From NCBI GenBank assembly GCA_963693365.1, contig CAVNZM010000007.1, forward strand, positions 4,895,962-4,959,961: a DNA stretch of 64,000 nucleotides, given 5' to 3'. Position numbers and translations under genes: made by a program. Below the pieces are notes generated by a model that saw only the letters and a program-made list of their open reading frames with translations, searched no databases and was not told where the DNA came from. Source of the stretch: Amoebidium appalachense. Taxonomy: Eukaryota > Protista > Ichthyosporea. Of this stretch, positions 1 through 21,787 are shown piece after piece (the stretch's first letter is position 1; each line of letters starts with the position of its first letter).

Positions 1-417
1 CATTCTTATTATTTTGGGAAGAGGAGAGAAGGAGGTGTGTGGAAGGGAACGGAGGTTAAAACTATTTATTAGTTGTTGGCCCCCGGAGGGGGGGGAGGAG
101 GAGGGGGTGGGGGGGGGGGCGCAGAGGATCGAACTATTTATTCGTTTCGTTTTGATTCTACTTATTTGTCTTCATGTATTAGTTTTTTGATTGGCTGTTT
201 TGTTCGTTTCATTAGGTGAGTGGGGGGGGGGGAGACTACTCCTTTAAGGGAACTCTCTGGTGAGGTACCAAGTTCTTTCACAGGATCAACAGCTAGAGAT
301 TGGCTTGGGTGTACGTTTACCCTTTTTTCTTGGATATCGACCAAACGGTATCAACACTGGATCGACCTCCCTCTCGATGCGTCTAAGACCTATTATATAC
401 ACATGCACCCGCACGCG

Positions 418-500
<83 letters not shown>

Positions 501-651
501 CCTTCCTGCTCAACCCTCCTCTCCCTGCCTCGCCCTTTCCCCCTCCTCTTCCCACCCTCCCTTTCTGGTTCTCCCTCCCTGTCCCCCCCCACCCCCCCTA
601 CCCCTCTCCCTTTCTTCCCCCCCCTCCCCCTTTCCCCTTTTCCATCTTCAG

Positions 652-9185
<8,534 letters not shown>

Positions 9186-9210
9186 GCATGTTTCGGGGAG
9201 GGGCGTGTGT

Positions 9211-9263
<53 letters not shown>

Positions 9264-10241
9264 GATTCCGAATTGCTCGATGAATTTGTGTGCTTCTGTG
9301 ACGTAGGAATGTTGTTGGTGGCTGGAACGGGTCGAAGGTTGTTTGTCTCGTTGACGGGGGGGGGGGGGGGGGGGGGGGGAGGGGGGGGGGGGAGAGCGAG
9401 GTTTAGGACTTGGGGAGGGGACGGGAGGGCTTTTTTTTTTTTTTTTTTTTTTTTATGGGGTTTGGGGGGGGGGGAGGGGGGAGGGGGGGGGGAGGGGGGA
9501 GGTGGGTGTGGGCAAATTAGAGCTATCCTTGTTCTTGAACGCTCACCCTTCCTTCCCCATACTGTAACCAGATCAACCGTCCTCCTGCGCCCTTCTTTGG
9601 TTGTGTGACGATCGGCATTATGGCATGCACGCACACACACACACACACACACACACAGTCACACACATACACACATGCTTGTGTACGCACGCGCATAGCT
9701 AAGTTGGTTGTGTATGTGTGTATCCATCGAATGACTTGGTATAGCTGCTGGGTGGGCGAGGTGACAATACAGACATTTGTATTGCATGTATTGTAATCAG
9801 GTTCTCGTGTATGTATGCGAATGTCATTACAATACTTACTGGTGTTTGGTAAAACCAAAACTGTTAGCTTTTATGTCGGGACCTACACAATCTTTTTGTA
9901 CATACATAGAGTTCTTTGGAATTCGGTTCGTTTTAAATCTGTGGGATCTGAACTGCAATCAGCATGGTTTTGTACGCAAATTCTGTAATAAACCGAACCC
10001 GGGCCTATCCATGGTCGGTTCAGGTGACACACCCACCATGATCTGGCTGGGTGAGTGTTACGGTATGTCTGCGTTCGTGCCAACTGGTGTATGCTTGAAC
10101 TAACCATGCAATACAAGCATAGAATGATCAGGCATGTGTGTTTGTGTGCGCGAGTGTACCTGTGTGCGAGCGTGTGTGTTTGTGAATTTGTAAGTTACAC
10201 GTTGTTTTTATGTGATTAATTCTGCCCCCGGGGAGGGGGGT

Positions 10242-10279
<38 letters not shown>

Positions 10280-10592
10280 AGTTGACCGGACACAAATGCA
10301 AATCAGTTTACAGTTCAGAATTTTATGATATATTTACTATTGTTTATGCAAGAGTCCAGCTCCTGCTGCAATGCTAAAATTTTAAGATTTTGGGTTATGG
10401 GTATCATTCCAGTGCTCAATTTTTACTCTAAACTGTTCCATTCGTGCATTACTAAGTATCATAATCCACTGTCGCATTAGTACGGAATCAGCACTTAGTA
10501 AAAATTTGCATATTTACGTATTCGCACCACAGTGGTATTCCAGCATTCTAGACATTTCTCACAATCATAAAGTAGCATGTGCCTCGACCATT

Positions 10593-11726
10593 TTACGGTA
10601 GTGCCTCAGCTATCTTTTGCCTCCGTGCCGGGGTGAGGTTTGTCGGCAGCGGCACCTTAAAGTCCACTACCAGGTCCCCCCTGCCGCCGGCCTTTTTGGG
10701 CATGCCGCGGCCCCCAAACACCTTCGTGCCCGGCTGCAGCACCGCCCCCGCCACTGTTTGCAGCGGCTGGCCGTCGATTGTGGGCACGCTGACGGCCTTT
10801 CCGAGCAGCGCGTCCTTGAGCGGCACCGTCACGCTGCACTGGAGGTTGTCCCCGGCCCGCGTGAACACAGGGTGAGGTTTCTGCCGCACCACAAACACAA
10901 CGTCCTGCGGGGGCTGGTGCGCACGCACGTCACCCGCGCCGTCAAAGCGCACCTTTGTGCCCTCCTTCCAACTCGGCCGCACGTCGACCTCCATGATCTT
11001 GGCCTCCTGCTGCGCCTGGCCCGTCACCGGGTCCTCCAGCGTGCGTGTGATCTTCATCTTCTTTCTTGCGCCCCCATACAGCTCCTCGAGCGTGCAGTTG
11101 AGGGGGTGCACCACCTCCATGTTCTTGGCCCTCCGCCCGCCCCCAAACCCGTCGCCCATGTGCACGTCGTCGTCTCCCGTCAGGTCAAAGGGGTGCTGCT
11201 GGCTGCCCATCCACCCAAACTTTGTGCCGCCCGGGCGCATGTTCATGCGTGGACCCCTGCGCTGTTTCATGCCGGGCTGGGCCCCGCCCAGCAGGTCTGC
11301 AAAGCCGCCGGCACCGCCAAACATTTGCGCAAAAATGTTGTCTGCGTCCTGCTGCGAGAAGTGGTAGCTGCCGCCGTTGCCGCCCTCATTGCCGCCGAAG
11401 AAGAACATGTTGGGCCCTTCCTGCGGCCCAAATCCGCCTGGGAAGCCAGAGGGCCCGGCCGAGCTGTGGGAGGGGTCTGGGATGCCGCCCTTGAGGCCCT
11501 CCTCGCCGTACATGTCGTAGATTTGCCTCTTTTTTGGGTCCGAGAGCACGTCATATGCCTCGGATATCTCTTGGAATTTCTGAGTGGCGGCCTCCTTGTT
11601 GCTTGCGTTCTTGTCGGGATGCCACTTCATGGCCAGCTTGCGGTAGGCCTTTTTGAGCGCATCCTCGTCAGAGCAGCCCTTGGGCACGCCCAGAATCGAA
11701 TAGTAGTCTTTGCCACCAACGGCCAT
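10593..11726 (-). CDS. DNAJB: Type II DnaJ/Hsp40 co-chaperone (DNAJB4/5, Sis1-like), intronless, 377 aa
   Basis: J domain (DYYSILGV...[17 protein letters not shown]...[28 protein letters not shown]), G/F-rich linker and C-terminal substrate-binding domain ([33 protein letters not shown]); no zinc finger. Confidence 0.96.
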   Translation of the reverse strand: MAVGGKDYYSILGVPKGCSDEDALKKAYRKLAMKWHPDKNASNKEAATQKFQEISEAYDVLSDPKKRQIYDMYGEEGLKGGIPDPSHSSAGPSGFPGGFGPQEGPNMFFFGGNEGGNGGSYHFSQQDADNIFAQMFGGAGGFADLLGGAQPGMKQRRGPRMNMRPGGTKFGWMGSQQHPFDLTGDDDVHMGDGFGGGRRAKNMEVVHPLNCTLEELYGGARKKMKITRTLEDPVTGQAQQEAKIMEVDVRPSWKEGTKVRFDGAGDVRAHQPPQDVVFVVRQKPHPVFTRAGDNLQCSVTVPLKDALLGKAVSVPTIDGQPLQTVAGAVLQPGTKVFGGRGMPKKAGGRGDLVVDFKVPLPTNLTPARRQKIAEALP

Positions 11727-11858
11727 TTTGCGGGTGAAGAAAAATCTGAGAAATTATTTTTAGTTGTTTGGTTTTCCCCGTCAGTTTGATTCGGGTGCTC
11801 AACTCGAAGTTTTCGAAGTGAAAGTTTGACTAGCTGCGGCTCTGCTACTGGGATCGAG

Positions 11859-11866
11859 TTTATATA
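11859..11866 (-). promoter_or_regulatory. TATA box for DnaJB
   Basis: TATATAAA on the minus strand about 135 nt upstream of the DnaJB ATG and about 75 nt from the HSE. Confidence 0.6.
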
Positions 11867-11940
11867 CCCGCGCTGAGGAATGCATGGAAAGATACAGAAA
11901 TATTTGCTGATTGGTTCTCGAAAAAAGCAAGTAGAACCCC

Positions 11941-11963
11941 GAACATTCCGAAATGTTCCCGAA
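11941..11963. promoter_or_regulatory. Heat-shock element (HSF site) between DnaJB and BAG
   Basis: GAAcaTTCcgAAAtgTTCccGAA: five alternating nGAAn units with one mismatch; an extra TTCtcGAA unit lies near 11915. Confidence 0.75.
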
Positions 11964-12882
11964 ACTACATCATTGCGTTTATGCATGCAATTACAACAGA
12001 TTTCCTAATAGAAGAAAGTCTTTCTATATATTTATTCAGACCACGAGGGCGAGGGAGCAAGCAGAGCAGGCAAGTGCACAGCGACAGAGGGAAGAATTCG
12101 AGCAGGCGCAGAGGCGGAGGGCAGAGCTCGAGCAGACACAGAGGCAACGCTGCTTGGAGCCGCTGCTCAAACACATACCACCACATTCGACACACATGAA
12201 TGCACATGTGGATATGCCCCCTGAGGACCATCCTACATCCGTGGATGTTGTGCCCGACACCCCAGCTTCAACAGTTGCCGAAACCCAAGTGGTCCCTACC
12301 ACGCACACAACACAGCCAACGAAGCTGCCGTCGAAACATCGCAGCAATAATTCCCGTCCAACAAAAGCTTGGCGGTGCAGGCGGCGATTGCAAGCAGCCA
12401 CGGTCATCCAACGATGGTGGCGTGCTGTGCAGGCACAGAGGGACGCAGCCATGCCCGATGCCACCGCAGCCACCAGGCTGGTGCGGACAGGACGGATGAG
12501 GCGGCACGAGTCATCACACAGGCAGTGCGCAAGGTGGCCGCCCAAAAAAAAACGGCCAGAGCACTGGGGCAAATGCAAATTTTTAAAGCTCAGCGGCATA
12601 GTGGCTGAGGCAGACGCACTGCGGGCAGAGTTTTACGACAAAATGTTCATGCAGCCGGTGCATGACTCACGGGACAAGGTGCGCTATGCTCTGCTGGGCT
12701 ATGTGGACATGCTAAAGGAGCTGATCCTTAGGACGGACGACATCCCAACGTACGGCCAGGTGCGTGTGCGGCAGCAGCGCAAAGCCACGTTCAGACATAT
12801 CCAGTCGCTGCTGAAGGAGGCAGACAGATACAGGCAGGGCGGCGCTCAACCTGCCGCAATAAGTAATCATGAGGCTATGTGA
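11953..12882 (+). CDS. IQ-motif plus BAG-domain protein (Hsp70 nucleotide-exchange factor); start codon uncertain
   Basis: IQ motif QAATVIQRWWRAVQAQR; C-terminal BAG-like bundle (LLGYVDMLKELILRTDDIPTYGQVRVRQQRKATFRHIQSLLKEAD); N-terminal coiled coil. The ORF ATG lies inside the HSE, so the real start may be downstream or spliced (ttattcAG near 12039). Confidence 0.78.
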   Translation: MFPKLHHCVYACNYNRFPNRRKSFYIFIQTTRAREQAEQASAQRQREEFEQAQRRRAELEQTQRQRCLEPLLKHIPPHSTHMNAHVDMPPEDHPTSVDVVPDTPASTVAETQVVPTTHTTQPTKLPSKHRSNNSRPTKAWRCRRRLQAATVIQRWWRAVQAQRDAAMPDATAATRLVRTGRMRRHESSHRQCARWPPKKKRPEHWGKCKFLKLSGIVAEADALRAEFYDKMFMQPVHDSRDKVRYALLGYVDMLKELILRTDDIPTYGQVRVRQQRKATFRHIQSLLKEADRYRQGGAQPAAISNHEAM

Positions 12883-13191
12883 AATGTGTCTATCTACATG
12901 TGTGTCAATTTTGTAACACAATCAATACCCTTTAGTGATTACTAGAAGAATTATTGCTCTATTTGTATATTATCAATGGTGCTGGACACCTCAATAAAAT
13001 ATATGCATGATAGCTTGAGAGTACCGTAGTGTATGATCACGATGAATTGATGTTTTATGCCTTAAAAGGCAGTCGATACAGCAAGAATTAATTCTGATGA
13101 GAAATAAACAGTTGAGTGCCAATAGTAGAACAAACTGTTGTGATGTCATGGAACGTTGCTAGATGTGTGCCTGGGACACTGTGCCGTAAGG

Positions 13192-13237
<46 letters not shown>

Positions 13238-13354
13238 TTGTATTGGTAACCGTGCTCACTGCTTTGTGTACCTCAAAGTGGGGTTTCATGCTCTTCCCCT
13301 CTCAATCTTTGTTCTCTACTTCATTCGTCGGGTGTTTCACTCATTCCACCAACC

Positions 13355-13386
<32 letters not shown>

Positions 13387-13531
13387 ACCACCACACACAC
13401 ACACACACAGCCTCAGCTTTTCAGTCTTGTGTGTATGTTTGTGTGTGTGTGCGCGCCTGTGTACACGTGTGTGTATGTGTGTGTGTGTGCGCACGGGCTT
13501 GCGCGTGTGTGAGTGGGTGGGTGCGTGCGTG

Positions 13532-13564
<33 letters not shown>

Positions 13565-13765
13565 ATGTGTATGTGTGCGTGTGCGCATGCGAGTGTATGC
13601 GCATGTACGTGCGCGTGTGGACTCAACCCGAGAGTTCTTTTTTTCTATCGTGTCAAAAGGGTTACATTCACTTGGCCGTGTCTCCCCCCCCCCCCCCCCC
13701 CCCTCGCCCCGCCCTGCTTCACCGCCTCCTCCTCCTTCAGCATTTTGTTTTGTGTGTGCATGTGT

Positions 13766-13846
<81 letters not shown>

Positions 13847-13991
13847 TGTGTGTGTTCGTTTCCTCCTTGTATGGGTGCTTACGGTTTTGTGTACTTCAGA
13901 GTGATTTGGTTTTCTTACTCACCCCCTCCCTCTTCTTGTTCTCCAATTCAATCACCGGGCTTTTGCTCATTCCGCTGAATTGAATCCCCCC

Positions 13992-14085
<94 letters not shown>

Positions 14086-14189
14086 GGGCTCCCTTTCCTC
14101 CCCTCAACACACAACACACACAAATTTAGCTTTTTTCTTGTGTTTTTCTGTGTGCGCACATGCGTGTATGTGGATTCACCCCCTTTTGT

Positions 14190-14222
<33 letters not shown>

Positions 14223-14289
14223 CCCCTTTACCCCCCTCTTCTGCTTTTTGTTTTGTTTGTTCGCACATGTTTGTGTAGTGTGTAGTGTG

Positions 14290-14374
14290 TATGGTGTGTG
14301 TGTGTGTGTGTGTACGGTGTCTGTGTGTGTGTGTGTGTACGGTGTCTGTGTGTGTGTGTGTGTGTGTGTGTACG

Positions 14375-14406
<32 letters not shown>

Positions 14407-14409
14407 ACG

Positions 14410-14441
<32 letters not shown>

Positions 14442-14481
14442 ACGGTGTCTGTGTGTGTGTCTGTGTGTGTGTGTGTGTACG

Positions 14482-14530
<49 letters not shown>
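14290..14530. repeat. Compound minisatellite TACGGTGTC(TG)n
   Basis: About six recurrences of GTACGGTGTCTG separated by variable (TG)n runs. Confidence 0.85.
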
Positions 14531-14531
<1 letters not shown>

Positions 14532-15711
14532 TTTGAATGAGTGTGTATGTGTGTGTGTTTGGTAATGTCTGTGTGTGGGTGTGTGAACTCTAGAGGAGGA
14601 GAGGGTGCGTGAAAGGGGGGAAGGGGGGGGGGGGAGGGGGGAAGACATCCCCATATGTCTTCCTTAGTGCAGCTTCTGCCCGAATAAATCATCGCAGTTT
14701 ATGAGTTAAATTGATTGGTCATGCTCATGAGTCATGGTGAGTCAATATATCTGCCTATATAGTAGTTTTATGTACATGATTCAAAAAAAAAACGCCGCCA
14801 ATAAGCTATATACAAGTTTACTTGCTATGCCATGACCATTTCTAGCTCGGTTTTATCTCACGTTCTCAATTTCAGATATACTAATAGTGTATTTACGAGC
14901 TCAGCTTTTCCATGGACGGGTCACACCAAGCCGTCGATGTTGCATGATCCACCCTCTCCCCCCCCACTCTTCCCCCCTCCCCTTCCCCCCCCCTCCTCCC
15001 CCCCCCCCCCCCCCCCCCCCCCCGCCCCCTCCCCCCCAAACCAACACCAACCACCATACAAGGTCATACACACACAACAACCCCAATATGTCACCCACAA
15101 AGCAGTGCAATCCAACCCACCTGAAAAACACTACTAAATATGGTTGCACGGTGGGTTGGCAAACACCACAAACCGCACCGTCACGTATGCATACTCAAGC
15201 CTGAAATATGTGCGGGCAGGTTATAGAACTAAAACACGAAGTAGGAGAAATTATCGTGCACGATTTGAGAGAAACACAGACGTAGCTTGTTTAGGCAACA
15301 CGCACATATTACCCAGAGCCATATAACCCCCCCCTCTCCCCTTCCCTCCCGGAGATCATAACTCACAACTTTATTCTCGTGATATCTGGCTACTTTTACA
15401 TAGCTACCAACCAAAACTGTGTATATCCGTAGAGCCTCGAGACAAAAAATATACCCACTAAAGAACCCACAACAACTTTGAAAAATCATCTCACCTGGCA
15501 ACACACTGCTTTTGCTGAAAGACTTAAAGCCCCACATCAACCCCATTAACCAAACACCCTATCACACACAAATCTGACTCATTAAAGGTGGGGGAGTGTG
15601 TGTGTGCGTGTGTGTGTGTGTGGGAGGGGGAGGGGGGGGGTCTATAAACATATGTTCACCATTAAGAACAAACACATGTTGAATATTTATGGATGGGGGG
15701 TTGGTGTTCTA

Positions 15712-17202
15712 TTACTTTGGGCTGCACCTCTTTGTGTGCAGTGCCAGCTCCCGCGCATTCTGACTGACCACGCAGCAGTGGCACACCACCGCCAACAAAC
15801 AATCCGCCGTTTCAGAGTACCCAAGCCCATATGTTGCTCTCAGAGACTGCCTTGTAGTGTAAGCGTTGGTAAAACACACGTCACACACCGTGCACCCTCT
15901 TTCCTCGACCAATGCTGCCGTTTTGGCGGTCGAAACACACGGAAGGAAAGTGGAGAGAAGGCAACCGGATATATCTTCACCACAGCCGCAAAAGGACGCG
16001 TGGAAACCGGGGGTGAACGTGCGCGTAACGAGGTCTGGACGGGGAAGGGGTGCCACCGAGGGAAAACCGAAAATCGCAGGCGGCTGGCGCGAAATTACGA
16101 GGCCCGGGGGGAGCTTTTCGTCGTTTTTGGTGGCTGTGGGGGGAATGCGCAGGGGGGAAAGGACCGTGGGCTCCATCTGGTCCAGTTTCCTTTGCAGTTT
16201 CGAATTTTCAAATCGCAGGCGATCGACCTCACGCTCCAGATCGGCAGCACGCGCGGTGTTGCCGGTGGCTGGGGATGGGACGGCTGGGAGAGGCTCATCC
16301 TGTGTGTTGTTTTAGGTGTTTGCGTAAAATGAAACGTGTTTAATGGGGGATAGGGAAAAGAAGGCGGAGAGGTAGGTATTGGGAAGAGGGAGTAGGATGT
16401 GTGCAAAGAGAAGGGAGGGTTGATGGGGGAGGGCGGGGGAAGGGGGTGGGGGGGTATGGGTGGTGGGTGGGAGGGGGTGGGGGAGTAAGTTTGCGGACCC
16501 TGGGATGTAGTTTCTTCATTTGGCCGCCGACGGGCAGAGAAGGGTGGGGAAGGGGAGGGAGGCAGAGGGAAAGGAGGTTAGGGACATGTTCATTGCATTG
16601 GAAGATGACACGGGCTCGGGTTGACAACACGTGTTGGGTGATTGGGGGGTTGAAAGATGAGAGGACAACATGAACAACGAAAAGAGTGTGGATGGGGCAC
16701 GTCAGTTAGTGGGTGTTGGGTGGAGAATGTATGATAGGGCAGAGACTGAAGGGGAATGGAGGGGGGGATTTGTAAAAGAGAAAAAAAAGCACCTCAGAAA
16801 CAGGGAACTGGCAGGGGGCCAGGGGAATCCCAGGGTGGGGGGGGGGGGGGGGGGGGTAAGGGGGGGATGCCGGGGAAGAAGCCTAATCAATATACTCAAA
16901 GTCAGATTCATTAATCACAAAATCGGCACAATTTTCATTTTCAGATGCAAGGAATTAGCAGTGCGATTGTTTTTATGCTTTACCTGACGTTGGGTGTTGG
17001 CCTCCCCCAGCATCTGCTCGAAGTTGGCCGACTGCCCACGGACTCCCCCAACAGAGAACCCACGGGGACGACGTACTTGAGACCTGAAGGGGGGCATATT
17101 TCATATGAATAACAACATTGTTGTATGATATTATGTTGGCTCGGCGTTAATTTCTGATTTTTTTCTTTAAAAATTCAACGGTATGTATGTTTGTGTGTCT
17201 GT

Positions 17203-17234
<32 letters not shown>

Positions 17235-18302
17235 TCGGCACAGGTAAGAGATAGGGAAGGCAGAAGAAGGGTGGGAGGGGGGGGGGGGGGGGGGGGGGCG
17301 CATGTAGAGGTCTATACCGTAAATGCTTGAACCGTGAATAGATAGCACTCATAAAAGAGGATCAATTAGGGGAGGGATGTTTGAGGAAGTGCCTCCCCGG
17401 GGGGCGGGGGGGGGGGAGGGAGGGGGGAAACCGGGGGAGGGGGGGGGGGGCATCTGAATGTGTTACAGAACATGAAGTACCGCATACGAACGGCACTTAG
17501 TGGATATGCATCATAAGCAGGGCCATTCCCATTGGAGAGGGAAGGGGGGGTGAGGTGGGAAGGCAACTCATTCAACAACAAGTCTCGACCCGGGAGAAAA
17601 GTGGTGGTGGTGGTGGGGGGGGGGGGAGAACGGGAGAACGGGAGAAAGAAGAGGGATATGGGTAAGGGGAGCATACCGTCCCAGAGAGGGAGAGGAAGCC
17701 GAGTTGAGAGCCATAGTGTTTGCATCCGTCACCCCGGCCAGAACCTGATCCAGCGATGTGCCCATAAACACAGTCTCTCCCCTGCGTGCCACCAACGGCG
17801 AAGAGAGAGGGGTGGAAAATGCGCTGCCGATATCCGACTCGTTTTCCTCGATCGCTGTCATGCTTGTGAGACGCGAGATCCGATTGGAGCTCGCACGGGG
17901 AGTGGGTGGATCCGCGCGGACATATGGGGCTGGGTTGGGGGCGTAGGTGGTTGCGTCATCCGAGTGAGAGGTGACGGTGGTGGGTGGTCCGTTGATGTTG
18001 ATCTCCGTGGAGCCCGTGTGGAGCCTAGAGTGGGAAAGGAAAAGGAGGGTGGATGTAAGTGTATGTGTGTGTGTGTTCGGGGAGGGAGGGAAGGGGAGGG
18101 AGGAAGGGGGGGGAGTGGAGGGAGTATTGGGGGGGGGGGGGAGGGGGGGGGGGGAGGGAGGGAGGGGAGGAAGGGGGGAGGGTAACAGAGGACGTGCACG
18201 ACAGAGAAGGAGCAGAGCCTCGACAATTGGATTCATGACGACGAAGCCGTTGGCTACTTGAACGATTTGCATGAATCTCTTCTCGTTTCTTTGCTTCATT
18301 TT

Positions 18303-18336
<34 letters not shown>

Positions 18337-18516
18337 GGTGGTTGCAGAAACACCCAAGGCTAAATTCATTTCGTAATGGCTATTTTTGCAGGGGAAGCGG
18401 ATATCCAGGGGGCCAGACAAATCGGACGGGAGGTGGTGTTGGCAAGAAAAGGATAGGGAATGGGGGCGGAATGGTTGAGCGGGCGGGCGGGCGGGCAGGC
18501 GGGCAGGCGGGCAGTC

Positions 18517-18548
<32 letters not shown>

Positions 18549-20092
18549 ATTCTCGGAATACCCACTTGGGCGAAGAATCTGAACTTGTGCGCAGGTGGCC
18601 AGAGCCGATGGTGCCGCGTGACACACGTGCAGCAAGATGATTGGCTGCACGGCGCATGCGCGGGGTTCCAGCACCTTCCATGGGGTCCATCTCGGACCAT
18701 TCCGATATCCAAAAAAGGCAATTCACAGTGCACACAGGGGCACCCTTTGGTGTCGTCACACTGATGGTTTGGGGGGTCGGGGGTTGGCCAGCAGGAATAT
18801 CGCGGACGGCGATTTTCCATTTGCCGCGTGAGGGCGTGTTGGGGCGTACCTTGAGACTGAATGAGAGCTCGTCATCAGGCGAGGATACCTGTGTGTGTGT
18901 GTGTGGTGGAGGACGGTGGGGGGGGGGATTAGTAGAGATTGAGCGATTGGGGATTGGGTGTATTATCAGAGAGAAGAGCAGAGAGCATGGGGAAATATGC
19001 AGGTGCTTGTGTGTACGTGCATGATTAGGTGCAGTGCAGTGTGCGTGCGTGCGTGTGCGCGTGCGTGCGTGGGTTCGCCTTTGCATGTGTGTTACAGCAA
19101 AGTGTCTGTTGTGTATGTATTTATGTGTGTTTTTAATATGAAAACGTGTGTCTCGCAAAGGGGGAGGAGGAGGGAAGAGAGCGGCGGGTTGCGGAAGGGG
19201 AGGTGGTGGAGGGGGGTGAAGGGGGGAGAGGGGGGAGGAGGGGGGGATGGGTGAGCTACGTGACTGATGATTAGCCAAAACGTTGATCCGATCGTGCATG
19301 CCCTTACGCTTTATCCTGTGCACGGGCAGGTTCGGGTATCTATGTTTTTTTTAAACTATCATGATCGGTCGAAGACGGGTGACCTTCACAAACAGTACAA
19401 TGGAAAGCCCGAGGGCAAACTTATATCAGAAATTTCATCCCGAATCCCCAACCTACTACTGCCATAGGCCCCCGTTTGGCACGAGGAATGTGCAAATGAA
19501 ACTCTTTTTGCTTTACAACATCAATGAGGTATTGTATACTACTAACGACCATTCAGCAGTGTCTGTCAACGCGGCTCAGGGTGGAAGGGGGAAACAGGGG
19601 AACCACCAAGGGGAATGCCATTCACTAGCACAAAACACTCAAAGGAATTCTGAGTAACCAATGACCCAGTGGTAGGGCAAGTGTGTTTCTTAGAGCCGCA
19701 CCGCTACAGGACCAGCACACACACACACGGTGCCGCACTCACCACTAGGAACCCCAGCAAATCATCACCCCCACAAGAACACGGGGACACAGATATCCTC
19801 CCGGTGCCAAGTCCCCACCTCCAGTATATTTACGCTCATGCGCTATGCCCATATGCATGAATGCACCAAATGAACCTTATGAAACCCCACCCACCTTCAG
19901 GTTGCACCTTTCGTTCCACTTGAGGCCGTCCGATGCCGCGGTTCTCATCTTCTCCTTCCCCAGCTTTATGATCACAAACAGGCCCTGTCCTGCGTTATTC
20001 CCTCCCGGCTTTGCCTGCTGTTCTGTGAGTGTGCCATCGTAAACCTGAACTGTCACCCGCGCAGGATGGCGACGCACTTCGCCCTCAACCAT
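15712..20092 (-). CDS. C2 domain, low-complexity linker, coiled coil and PLAC8 (Cys-rich) domain protein, ~518 aa
   Basis: Phase-consistent GT-AG exons 20092-19895, 18888-18566, 18024-17677, 17083-16984, 16299-15712 (1557 nt). C2-like N-terminus (FVIIKLGKEKMRT...KWNERCNL); coiled coil (DLEREVDRLRFENSKLQRKLDQM); PLAC8 motifs (FCGCGEDISGCLLSTFLPC...TRQSLRATYGL...DCLLAVVCHCCVVSQNAREL). Confidence 0.82.
17453..17527 (-). mobile_element. Family B 3'-end copy on the minus strand (sense to the C2-PLAC8 gene)
   Basis: Reverse complement reads TGGCCCTGCTTATGATGCATA...GTACTTCATGT...ACACATTCAGA, followed by a C run. Confidence 0.6.
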
Positions 20093-21787
20093 ATTTGTGA
20101 GAAAATGACCAAGCGAATATGACTAGGCGACAAAAAATTAATGAATGAAACGTTGAAACTGGAGACACTGCAAAGCTACAAAGGTTGCAAACAAATTCCG
20201 CACTGTATTGCCACTTGAATTTGCCCTAGCGCTCTGTGGCTCCTCCCTGCGTTACTGTGTGTGCATACAATACCATGAACTTCCTTCGTCTTTCAGTTAT
20301 GATACACTCCCTGAGAACGTTTGACTTAGTTTGCTGGGGTACACTAGTGACAGAGAACGCGAACGCATGTATGCAGGACACAGCGGTTTGGGGAACAGTC
20401 ACCGTACTATTTTCACTTAGCCAATCAAAATGAAAGGCTTTAGTGAACCAATCACATTATAGCTAAAATGTGTATTACACTACTGCAGGATGATTGGTTG
20501 TAGTATTTTGCCTGGCTTTCAGTAACCAAATGATATTTATAGATATTTACAATAAGTAAACATTTTCTACAGAACAGAGAAATATATGATGACAACAACG
20601 GTGTTACAAATGGTTGCATAATTGTGGAGGGAATCTGTGAAGGCTTAGAGCAGTCATCACGATAAAGGCCTGTTTCGCTCACTGGCCGGCGGGCCGCTGG
20701 CCGTCCCGCGTCCGGGCTCCGGTGGATTTCAATAATGTTATTGGTTCTATGTCATTTATTTATATAACGAATGCTCAAATATAGCTAAAATGATGAGGAT
20801 TACCATTCGCTGAGATTTCACAGCCAATCAAACGGGCCTATAAATCAAACTGCCCAATAAGCTGGTAAAAAAAAAAAAAAAAAAAAAAAAGAATGGCGCA
20901 GGGGCCAGGGAGGCTGAAACATGTTCCCCGCCCGTAAACGTTTGAGTTTTAAGTATAATATTAGAAGTATAATATAATTTACTTACCCTTATTAGCCAAT
21001 TGCAATAGTCTTGATGGGGCTTTCCTGTACGCCTCCTTTCACGCCCAACTTGCTGGCATTGCCCATTGGAATTCGAAGTTGCATTCAGAAATTTTCGCGA
21101 CCACGTGCCCCCCCTCCCCACACACATAATGCTGAACACTTGCATCGGGATAAATGAGCTGCTTGCATGTGTAGCCATTCAGGCAAGCTGTTGTGGATTC
21201 TGAAAAGCCATTATTAATTAACACGTTCGTTTGGTAACGGCCGTCATGTGCATATAATAAAGTATATGGCGCCATGGCCATGCCTATGTGTCCATCCTAT
21301 CCATCATATATGACACAAGCTCTTTTATGATTGCACCAAATATTCGCCACATTTTCATACGTGCGCGGGGTGGCCTTTGTGGCCCTGCAGCTGGACCCTC
21401 AACGCACCTCTATAGCCGCCGGGATGTTACATTGTGAAGCCATGCCGTCAGGCCCTAGTATCTCGGCATTCAGCTTGATAGTGAGCAGATCTGGTGCGAG
21501 ATCTCTTCAATAGATTTGATGCAGGAAGCGGCCCGTATGATTGCACGATGGTTAGTTAGATGCAAAAAGATCCACCCGCTCCATTGGCTATGAAGCCCAG
21601 GTGCAGAGCTAATAAGATGCATGTTATATTTGATTTGGCAGCCTGGCAGGCCAGATTTGAGCCTGAAGGGGAACCTACGAATGGCCAGCACACTGCACTG
21701 ACATACATCATCATGCTATTCTGATCAGTCAAGGGTCAGTGCCCCGTTAGCAAGTAGAATACCTGATCACACGGAAGACCTTCGAGA

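Noticed and set aside
10617-11789. 390-aa antisense ORF over DnaJB (also antisense ORFs over 21788-22813 and 28315-28986)
   Set aside because: Shadow ORFs of GC-rich coding sequence with no recognisable motifs.
18195-18295. Extra exon of the C2-PLAC8 gene
   Set aside because: No phase-2/phase-2 open combination found; the flanking exons join directly.
19372-19385. AAGACGGGTGACCT shared with family B core
   Set aside because: 14-nt match only; the surrounding stems are not conserved.
20666-20839. Tourist-like MITE (AGGCCTGTTT/AAACGGGCCT)
   Set aside because: Only a 10-bp imperfect inverted repeat, no clean TSD and no second copy.
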